Source: an uncultured Candidatus Saccharibacteria bacterium
GTDB taxonomy: Bacteria > Patescibacteriota > UBA1384 > JACPKC01
Assembly (NCBI GenBank): GCA_964423885.1
Contig: CAYRGD010000001.1
Coordinates: 160,660-224,659 of the forward strand
Direction of reading: 5' to 3'
Length of the DNA stretch: 64,000 nucleotides
The position numbers and the translations under genes are program-made. The notes beneath the pieces were generated by a model that did no database searches, was not told where the DNA came from, and worked only from the letters and a program-made list of their open reading frames with translations. Below are positions 57,497 to 64,000 of the stretch, in pieces. Numbering within the stretch: position 1 is the first letter of the stretch; every line of letters begins with the position of its first letter.

Positions 57497-58076
57497 GGAT
57501 GATGCCTCTCTCGGTCAACGCGTCGACGATCATCCGCTGCACCGTCTCGATCGGGTGGTCGCCGCATACCTCGACGACCTCGTCTTGCGCACGGAAATGG
57601 CTGAGGATCGCCTGGATCTTTTCGGTCGACCATTCGAGGCGGCGGGCGATAAGCTCGGGCGTGTCGTCGGCCCGGCCGCGGGCCATGAGCCGCTTGATCG
57701 CGTGTTCTTTGGACAACGTGAGATAGACAATGAGCGGATCAGGGAGATGGTACTCGTGCCGGAACCGATCGAACTCGGCGAGCTGGTCGGGCGTGCGCAG
57801 GAAGCCGTCGAACACAAGGCCGCGGCTGGCGTCGACAGTCTGGAAGACACGTTCGATCACCGGCCGCCAGAGCTCGGTCGGCAGGTATTCGCCCCGCTCA
57901 AGCAGCGCCTTGACCGACCGTCCGAGCGGCGTGTCCTGGTGAGCCTCGTCGCGGAACAGTTGGCCGGCCTCGGCCCGCGGCAGGCCGAGCTTGTCGGCAA
58001 GCAGGGATGACTGCGTCCCCTTGCCGCTTCCCTGCGGTCCGAGGAATACCAGGATGCGGGGCTTCGTGAGTGTCAT
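57489..58076 (-). CDS. adk: Adenylate kinase (short LID, no zinc)
   Basis: P-loop FLGPQGSGKGTQ, LVFDGFLRT. Start trimmed to ATG 58076 (ATGA overlap with the upstream stop). Confidence 0.85.
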   Translation of the reverse strand: MTLTKPRILVFLGPQGSGKGTQSSLLADKLGLPRAEAGQLFRDEAHQDTPLGRSVKALLERGEYLPTELWRPVIERVFQTVDASRGLVFDGFLRTPDQLAEFDRFRHEYHLPDPLIVYLTLSKEHAIKRLMARGRADDTPELIARRLEWSTEKIQAILSHFRAQDEVVEVCGDHPIETVQRMIVDALTERGIIHG

Positions 58077-59062
58077 TCGGCGTCCACCCATGCACCAACA
58101 AATGAAGCTGATCCGTAGCGGGATTGGGTGCCGGCAGGTAATCCGAGAATAAACAACGCTCCGTCGTCGCCGACCGTAGCCAGCCACGCGCCGTCGCGCG
58201 AGATAGCGAGCGAGGTCTCATTGCCAGGCAGGTCGGCGAGTAGTTGCCGCTCGCCGGAATCCGTCCGGATCGTGATGATGCTTGCCCCTATGCCGTCGAC
58301 AATGACGTTGACAGCGACCAAGTTGTTGCGCTGCCAGGCGATACTGATGACACGCTCGTCCGGACCGAATGACGCAACTTTACGTGGATCCGCGCCGTTA
58401 TGGGCAGCCCAGAGTTCTTGGTCGTCGTCGCCCGGCTTACCCTTGACGTACGCGACCATAGTGCCGTCCTGTGACCAGGCAGGTATCGACAACCAACTCG
58501 CTCCCTGGTCGATTACCTGGCGTCCGCCACCCTGCAGCCGCTCGGTGACCAATGCGTATCCGTAGCTCCGCTCCGCATTGTCGAACGTGATAAACGACAG
58601 GGTATCGGTTCCAGGGCGGTACGCTGCCGAACCCCAGGGGTCGTACGCAAGCGCGTGGCCGAGGTCGATGGGAAAATCGGTCCGAGTACCAGTTCCATCG
58701 AGCGCGATCGCAGCGACGTAGCTCCGGCCGTCATCGGCCACGAAGGCTGCGATCGCTTGTCCGTCCCGCACGCCGAGCACGTGCTCGAGATCAGGATCAC
58801 TGAATACGACGTGCTCGCGGCCGTCGGAATCCCGCTCCATGAGCTGGTCGCCGCGTATGTACAGCAGAGCCGGGGCTTGCGCGGTGTCGGGCGCAGGTTG
58901 AGGCGGAAGCGGCTGTCCGGCCGACATGCCGCTGGTTGAGGCGAGGTCTGCCGTCGTATGCATCGACGGATGCGACCTCATCCAAAACAATGCGCCGGCC
59001 ATGACGGCCAATGCAAGGAATCCGAGTACGGCAATCCTGACCGGCCGTCGGTCAGAACTCAT
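58073..59062 (-). CDS. Membrane-anchored TolB-like beta-propeller protein inserted between secY and adk
   Basis: Start trimmed to ATG 59062 (MSSDRRPVRIAVLGFLALAVMAGALFW TM anchor), overlapping the secY stop by 11 nt. Repeated segments (DGTMVAYV, DGAWLATVGDDGALFIL) suggest WD40/TolB-like blades. Confidence 0.5.
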   Translation of the reverse strand: MSSDRRPVRIAVLGFLALAVMAGALFWMRSHPSMHTTADLASTSGMSAGQPLPPQPAPDTAQAPALLYIRGDQLMERDSDGREHVVFSDPDLEHVLGVRDGQAIAAFVADDGRSYVAAIALDGTGTRTDFPIDLGHALAYDPWGSAAYRPGTDTLSFITFDNAERSYGYALVTERLQGGGRQVIDQGASWLSIPAWSQDGTMVAYVKGKPGDDDQELWAAHNGADPRKVASFGPDERVISIAWQRNNLVAVNVIVDGIGASIITIRTDSGERQLLADLPGNETSLAISRDGAWLATVGDDGALFILGLPAGTQSRYGSASFVGAWVDAE

Positions 59063-60314
59063 AACGTCTGGTGGTGAGCTGGGCCCGGATCTGTCGCATC
59101 GTGTCCAAGATAACCGATACGACGATGAGGATACCAGTACCACCGAGCACCAGTGTTTGGATATTGGTCAGGCTTTGGACGACGAACGGCAGAACCGCGA
59201 TCGCAGCCAAGAAAAACGCGCCGAGCAGCGTGACTCGGTTCAAGACCTTGCTCAAGTATTCCGCGGTTTCGCGTCCGGGCCGCAAGCCGGGAATGAAGCC
59301 GCCTTGTTTCTGGATGTTTTCGGCCACTTGTTCGGGCTGGAAGACGATCGAGGTGTAGAAGAACGTGAAAATCACGACCAAGCAGAAGTAGGCGATCCCG
59401 TAAAACGTGTTGTTGGCGAACAGGTCGGTCACCTTTTGGGCGGCGGTGCGGACCCACGGGGTCTGGACCGTTTCCAGGAAGCGGGCCGCGACCGGCGGGA
59501 AAATCATCATCGACAGCGCGAAGATGATCGGCACGACGCCGGCCATCGTCACCTTGAGCGGCAGGAAGGTGGCGACGCCGCCCGAGGCCTGGTTGCCCCG
59601 CACCCGGCGGGCGTAGGTGATCGGGACCTGGCGCTCGCCCTCGTTCACGAACACGATACTGACAGTGACGAGCGCGGCGATGACGACAAAGATAATGATG
59701 TTGACGATGCCCGCCTGGTCAGCCACCTGGAACGTTTGCGACACGGCCGACGGGATCCCTGACAGGACGCCGAGCGTGATAAGCAATGACATGCCATTGC
59801 CGATCCCGTTTTCGGAAATGAGCTCGCCGATCCAGACGAGCAGCATCGTCCCGGCTGTGACAGTAAGTAAGATCGTAAAGAGGTTGAGCGGCGTGAATGC
59901 GCCGACGATCCCCTGGTTCTTCAAGAGGATGAGCGTGCTGTAGCCTTGTAGGAATGCCAGCGGGACGGTAAGTAATCTCGTGTACTGGTTGATCCGCTCG
60001 CGGCCGGCTTCCCCTTCCTTCTGCAGCTCTTCGAGCCGGGGTACGATAATGATGAGCAGCTGGAAGATGATAGAGGCGGTAATGTACGGCCCGACACCCA
60101 TAAGGACGATCGAGAAGTTTTCCATCGATCCGCCCGTGAACAGGTTCAAGAGGCCGAACAGCGCGTACTGGCTGAAGAATGCCCGGATCGCTGCCAGGTC
60201 GACGCCCGGCATCGGGATATGGGCAAGGACGCGGAAGATGGTCAGCAGGCCGAGCGTGTAGAGGATCCGCTTGCGCAGGTCGGGGCTATGCCAGATTGCG
60301 CGGAGCGTGTTCAT
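59052..60314 (-). CDS. secY: Preprotein translocase subunit SecY
   Basis: 10 TM helices; motifs GIMPYITASII and ENLQKQGGFIPGLRPG. Confidence 0.9.
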   Translation of the reverse strand: MNTLRAIWHSPDLRKRILYTLGLLTIFRVLAHIPMPGVDLAAIRAFFSQYALFGLLNLFTGGSMENFSIVLMGVGPYITASIIFQLLIIIVPRLEELQKEGEAGRERINQYTRLLTVPLAFLQGYSTLILLKNQGIVGAFTPLNLFTILLTVTAGTMLLVWIGELISENGIGNGMSLLITLGVLSGIPSAVSQTFQVADQAGIVNIIIFVVIAALVTVSIVFVNEGERQVPITYARRVRGNQASGGVATFLPLKVTMAGVVPIIFALSMMIFPPVAARFLETVQTPWVRTAAQKVTDLFANNTFYGIAYFCLVVIFTFFYTSIVFQPEQVAENIQKQGGFIPGLRPGRETAEYLSKVLNRVTLLGAFFLAAIAVLPFVVQSLTNIQTLVLGGTGILIVVSVILDTMRQIRAQLTTRRYEF

Positions 60315-60730
60315 CGCTGGACGTGTGCCTGGTAGACCGCTTTCGTGAATGTAAGGCCGCGGAACTTGAGTTTCTTGGTGAGCGTGCCGCTGCCGACGAT
60401 CTTGGCCGCCTTGGCGTCGCTGCCGACCAATCCCTTGGCGCGGAGCGTTTTGAGCGTCACGACATTGCCGTCTTGAAACGCATGGTCGAGCTGCGTCAGT
60501 GTAACGGTCGCCGTCAATGGACGGTGCGGGAACCGGCGGCCGCGCAGCTTCGGCAGACGCATGAAGAGCTTGGTCTGGCCGCCTTCGAAACCGGCGGGAA
60601 TGTTGAAGCCTGACCGCGCCTTCTGGCCTTTGGTGCCACGGCCGGCGCTCTTGCCTTGTCCGGCCGAGATGCCTCGTCCGAGCCGGCGGGCGCGCTTCAC
60701 CGTGCGCGGGAGCGTATGGAGCGAGCTCAT
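60311..60730 (-). CDS. rplO: 50S ribosomal protein L15
   Basis: [22 protein letters not shown] glycine-rich N-terminus typical of L15. Confidence 0.9.
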   Translation of the reverse strand: MSSLHTLPRTVKRARRLGRGISAGQGKSAGRGTKGQKARSGFNIPAGFEGGQTKLFMRLPKLRGRRFPHRPLTATVTLTQLDHAFQDGNVVTLKTLRAKGLVGSDAKAAKIVGSGTLTKKLKFRGLTFTKAVYQAHVQR

Positions 60731-61212
60731 GCGCGTGCCTTTCTGGCCGGGCGTTCTTTCATGGTTGCCAGCGCCTGGATCGTGGCGCGGACGTTGTTCG
60801 TCTTATTGTTTGAGCCGATCATCTTGGACAGGATATTTTTGATGCCTGCCAGTTCGATCACTGCCCGGATCGGGCCGCCTGCGATCACCGAGGTGCCGGC
60901 CGCGGCCGGTTTCAGAAAGATCTGCGCGCTGCCCAAGCGGACGGTGGTTTCGTGCGGGATCGTGTCGTTCACGATCGGTACGGTCACGAGCTTCTTCTTG
61001 GCTGCCTGGCCGGCTTTCTTGATCGCCTGTTGGACGTCGCCGGCTTTGCCGAGGCCCATACCGACCTTGCCGTTCCGATTGCCGATCACGACCAAGGCTC
61101 GGAAACGCATGCGCTTGCCGCCCTTGACGGTGCGCGAGACGCGCGAGAGCTCGACGAGCCGCTCTTCGAACTCGCTTTTCGGTTTGTCGTGGGTATCGTG
61201 ATGATCAGCCAT
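60727..61212 (-). CDS. rpsE: 30S ribosomal protein S5
   Basis: [32 protein letters not shown]. Stop overlaps the rplO start, so there is no room for rpmD (L30). Confidence 0.9.
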   Translation of the reverse strand: MADHHDTHDKPKSEFEERLVELSRVSRTVKGGKRMRFRALVVIGNRNGKVGMGLGKAGDVQQAIKKAGQAAKKKLVTVPIVNDTIPHETTVRLGSAQIFLKPAAAGTSVIAGGPIRAVIELAGIKNILSKMIGSNNKTNNVRATIQALATMKERPARKARA

Positions 61213-61220
61213 ACAACTCC

Positions 61221-61571
61221 TTAGAACTGCAATCCGCCGGCCCGGGCGGCTGCCGCGAAGGCGGCGACACGGCCATGGTAGCGGTATCCGCGGCGGTCGA
61301 AGACGGCTGCGGTGATATTGGCGGCTTTCGCTTGCTCGGCCAGCCGTTCGCCGACGGCCGTGGCTTGCTTGATGCCGGTGTCCTTCGTGCCGACCATATC
61401 GTCGGTGGCATAGGCCAGCGTCCGGCCGGCCGCGTCATCGATGAGCTGCGCACGGAAGTGCTTGGCGGTCCGTTGGACGGACAGCCGTGGCCGCGCCGCT
61501 GTGCCGGCAACAACCATGCGGATTTTCCGGACGCGCCGCGCCCGTCTGGTTGCTTGGGAAACGTGTGTCAT
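61221..61571 (-). CDS. rplR: 50S ribosomal protein L18
   Basis: [42 protein letters not shown]. Confidence 0.9.
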   Translation of the reverse strand: MTHVSQATRRARRVRKIRMVVAGTAARPRLSVQRTAKHFRAQLIDDAAGRTLAYATDDMVGTKDTGIKQATAVGERLAEQAKAANITAAVFDRRGYRYHGRVAAFAAAARAGGLQF

Positions 61572-62110
61572 GCTCCTGCCGCCTTTGCTGCCTTACCGGC
61601 TTTCTTCCGGACATGTTCGCCGACATAGCGGATACCCTTGCCCTTGTACGGCTCGGGCGGCCTGACCCGGCGGATGTCCGCTGCCACCTGGCCGACGCGC
61701 TGCTTGTCGATACCGGCGACCGTGATGATCTTTTGGACGTCGATGTCGATGCCCTGGGGCGGCTCGATCGTGACCGGGTGCGAGTAGCCGACATTTAACA
61801 CAAGGGCATTCCCCTGCTTCGCCGCTTTGTACCCGACACCGCGGAGCTCAAGCTGCTTCGCGAATGGTTCGGCCACGCCCATGAGCGCGTTTTCGATAAG
61901 CCTGACCGTCAGGCCGCGGAGCGACCGGGACAACTTGCTCGTGTTGACCGCATCGACGGTAATCGCGCCGTCGGCTTGGTTGACGCGGACATTCGGATGC
62001 AACGCCACGGTCAACTCGCCTTTCGGGCCTTTGGCGACCAGCTGCCGGTCGGCAAGGGTGACCGTGATCGTATCGGCGACAGTCAGTCGCCGACCACCGA
62101 CGCGGCTCAT
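61568..62110 (-). CDS. rplF: 50S ribosomal protein L6
   Basis: MSRVGGRRLTV, two L6 alpha/beta repeats, GKGIRY. Confidence 0.9.
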   Translation of the reverse strand: MSRVGGRRLTVADTITVTLADRQLVAKGPKGELTVALHPNVRVNQADGAITVDAVNTSKLSRSLRGLTVRLIENALMGVAEPFAKQLELRGVGYKAAKQGNALVLNVGYSHPVTIEPPQGIDIDVQKIITVAGIDKQRVGQVAADIRRVRPPEPYKGKGIRYVGEHVRKKAGKAAKAAGA

Positions 62111-62499
62111 GACAGTACCTCGCAGATGACTTCACCGCCGACCGCACGCTTCATTGCTTCGGCACCGGTCATGAACCCCTGCGGGGTCGACAAGATGACG
62201 TGGCCGAAGCCGCCGCGAGGCCGCGGGATGCGGGCCGCTTTGGCGTAGACGCGGAGACCAGGCGTCGAGATTCGGCGGATACTCTTGATCGCCGAAGCGC
62301 CGTCATGGTAATTGAGCACCAGCTTCAGCTGCGTGTGCCCCTGTTCCGTCTCGACGGTGTCGACAGCTTTCAGGTAGCCGTGGTCGCGCAAGAGCGAAGC
62401 GATCGACGCCTTGACGCGCGAGTGCGGCACCAAGACTTCGGCCTTGCCCAGCTGGGCGGCGTTGCGGATTTGGGTGAGCATGTTTGCAATGGGGTCCAT
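62107..62499 (-). CDS. rpsH: 30S ribosomal protein S8
   Basis: MDPIANMLTQIRNA, GGEVICEV. Confidence 0.9.
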   Translation of the reverse strand: MDPIANMLTQIRNAAQLGKAEVLVPHSRVKASIASLLRDHGYLKAVDTVETEQGHTQLKLVLNYHDGASAIKSIRRISTPGLRVYAKAARIPRPRGGFGHVILSTPQGFMTGAEAMKRAVGGEVICEVLS

Positions 62500-62507
62500 A
62501 CCAGCTC

Positions 62508-62693
62508 CTACCAGGATGACTTCGTGACGCCGGGAATCTCGCCCTTATGCGCCAGCTCGCGGAAGCAGATGCGGCAGATGCCGTAGGCGCGCAAGTAGGC
62601 CCGGTTCCGACCGCAGATGCCGCATCGGTTCACTGCGCGGGTGGAAAACTTGGGCGTGCGGGCGGCTTTGACTTTGAGTGATTGCTTGGCCAT
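62508..62693 (-). CDS. rpsN: 30S ribosomal protein S14 type Z (zinc-binding, 61 aa)
   Basis: [38 protein letters not shown] with C-x2-C...C-x2-C. Confidence 0.85.
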   Translation of the reverse strand: MAKQSLKVKAARTPKFSTRAVNRCGICGRNRAYLRAYGICRICFRELAHKGEIPGVTKSSW

Positions 62694-62701
62694 ATCGACT
62701 C

Positions 62702-63253
62702 CTACTTGGCTTCCTCGCGACGGACGAGCGGCAGACCGAGCGAGCGCAAGAGCGCTTCGGTCGCTTCGCCCGACGTCGCGCTCGTGACGATCGTCACGCC
62801 CAGTCCGTAAAACTCGCTGACGCGTTCGTGGTCGATTTCCGGAAAGACCGTGTGCTCGCGGATACCGAACGAGTACCCGCCCCGGCCGTCGAAGCCAGTG
62901 AGCGGCAGGCCGCGGAAGTCGCGGATGCGCGGTAAGACGACGTGGACGAGCCGTTCCAGGAAATCGTACATCCGCTTGCCACGGAGCGTCGAAGACAAGC
63001 CGATCACCTCGCCGGCACGGAGCTTGAACCCTGCGATCGCCTTGTGCGCCGACCGCGAGGCCGGCTTCTGGCCGGTAATCTTGGCAAGGTCGGCCGCCGC
63101 GATCTCAAGGAACTTGCCGTGCTGGCGCCGCGAACCGGTGCCGATGTTGACGACGATCTTCGTCACTGCCGGTACGGCGTTCACGTTCGCGATCGAGAGC
63201 TCGGTGCCGAGCTTCGGCCGGAGTTCGGTGGCGAATTGGGTGCGCAGTCTCAT
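62702..63253 (-). CDS. rplE: 50S ribosomal protein L5
   Basis: [31 protein letters not shown]. Confidence 0.9.
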   Translation of the reverse strand: MRLRTQFATELRPKLGTELSIANVNAVPAVTKIVVNIGTGSRRQHGKFLEIAAADLAKITGQKPASRSAHKAIAGFKLRAGEVIGLSSTLRGKRMYDFLERLVHVVLPRIRDFRGLPLTGFDGRGGYSFGIREHTVFPEIDHERVSEFYGLGVTIVTSATSGEATEALLRSLGLPLVRREEAK

Positions 63254-63582
63254 TTGTCCGCCTTCTTGGCTTCGGCCGCCAGGGCAGCGCCGCAGTGTTT
63301 GCAGGTGCGCACCTTGCCGGTGTCAGTGAGCTTCATAGCGATGCGGGTCGGCTTGCTGCACGACGGGCAGACAAGGAGGACGTTACTGACCGCGAGCGGG
63401 GCCGCGAACTCGACGATGCCGCCCGCCGGCTGCTTGGCTGTTGGCTTGGTGTGGCGCTTGGCCATGTTGACGCCCTCGATCACGACCCGGTCGGCTTTCG
63501 GCAGGACACGGACCACCGTCCCGCGCTTGCCGCGGTCCTTGCCGGTAATCACCATGACGGTATCGTTGCGTCGGATCTTCAT
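63250..63582 (-). CDS. rplX: 50S ribosomal protein L24 with Cys4-containing C-terminal region
   Basis: KOW motif [16 protein letters not shown]-terminal [33 protein letters not shown] has two CxxC pairs 17 residues apart. Confidence 0.85.
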   Translation of the reverse strand: MKIRRNDTVMVITGKDRGKRGTVVRVLPKADRVVIEGVNMAKRHTKPTAKQPAGGIVEFAAPLAVSNVLLVCPSCSKPTRIAMKLTDTGKVRTCKHCGAALAAEAKKADK

Positions 63583-63947
63583 AGTACCTCTGGGGCGAGC
63601 GAGACGATCTTTTGGAAGCCGCGGGTGCGGACCTCACGGGCAACCGGGCCCAGGACGCGCGTGCCGCGGGGCTGCCCGTCGTCGCCGACGATCACGACCG
63701 CGTTGTCATCGAACCGGATCGCGCTGCCGTCGGCCCGCTGGAACCGGTTCCGTTGCCGGACGATAACCGCTTTCGCGACTTCTTTCTTCTTGACGGTGCC
63801 GCGGGGCAGCGCGTCTTTCACCGTCACGACGATCGTGTCGCCGAGCTGGGCCGCGTCCTGCTTGCGTCCGCCTAATACACGGATGCACATCACTTCTTTG
63901 GCGCCGGTGTTATCGGCGACAGCCAGGCGGGAAAAGGGTTGGATCAT
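63579..63947 (-). CDS. rplN: 50S ribosomal protein L14
   Basis: [37 protein letters not shown]. Confidence 0.9.
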   Translation of the reverse strand: MIQPFSRLAVADNTGAKEVMCIRVLGGRKQDAAQLGDTIVVTVKDALPRGTVKKKEVAKAVIVRQRNRFQRADGSAIRFDDNAVVIVGDDGQPRGTRVLGPVAREVRTRGFQKIVSLAPEVL

Positions 63948-64000
63948 GCCTGCTCCTTGCCGTCGACCTCGATCGCACTGTCGGCGACCACGACGCCTGC
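63945..64000 (-). CDS. rpsQ: Partial CDS running off the right edge: probable 30S ribosomal protein S17 C-terminus
   Basis: Minus-strand frame ...[18 protein letters not shown]-stop with TGA overlapping the rplN ATG (ATGA). Position upstream of rplN matches S17; only 18 codons visible. Confidence 0.45.

Overview
This is a high-GC, densely coded bacterial chromosomal segment (coding on both strands, mostly 0-40 nt intergenic gaps), apparently from a reduced-genome monoderm lineage. Three signs point to a CPR/Patescibacteria-like or similarly streamlined organism, but taxonomy is inference only: ribosomal protein L30 is missing between rpsE and rplO, several housekeeping proteins are truncated (RpoA without a C-terminal domain, AspRS without the GAD insertion, short PheS and PheT), and sortases are present.

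Layout:
- 1-15.5 kb, all on the minus strand: a partial Gam-like gene, a SpoU/TrmH methyltransferase, hisS, a RelA/SpoT homologue, a ClpC gene interrupted by an apparent frameshift, nusA, tagA-like, DUF2207, a cyclophilin lipoprotein, xseB, xseA, a GT4 glycosyltransferase, mreB and murA.
- 15.5-24.2 kb: a surface-protein island carrying a PEGA-like protein, a sortase, two small unknowns, three secreted proteins built from a repeat I do not recognise, a second sortase and a subtilisin. It ends at tRNA-Leu(CAA).
- 24.2-31.3 kb: a DUF2200-like gene, tsaC, tRNA-Ala(CGC), a low-GC NTF2-like gene, and a glycolytic operon (PGI/PMI-like, eno, gpmI, a second gpmI paralogue).
- 31.4-39.7 kb: a second surface-protein region with two pairs of WxL-like secreted protein plus a DUF916/DUF3324-like anchored protein, then cca, a third WxL-like paralogue and an ~816-aa secreted protein carrying a phage-tail-fibre-type autoprocessing chaperone domain.
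- 39.8-64 kb: clpB, leuS, rpmF, nusB, rnc, a PaaX-like regulator, a D-Ala-D-Ala carboxypeptidase, aspS, pheT, pheS, rbfA, rpsI, rplM, and the alpha/spc ribosomal block from rplQ through rplN and partial rpsQ, with a TolB-like gene inserted between secY and adk.

I found no CRISPR array, transposase or integrase. The ORF track contains many long antisense ORFs that are GC-composition artefacts, including a 1210-aa ORF whose N-terminal third is antisense to clpB.
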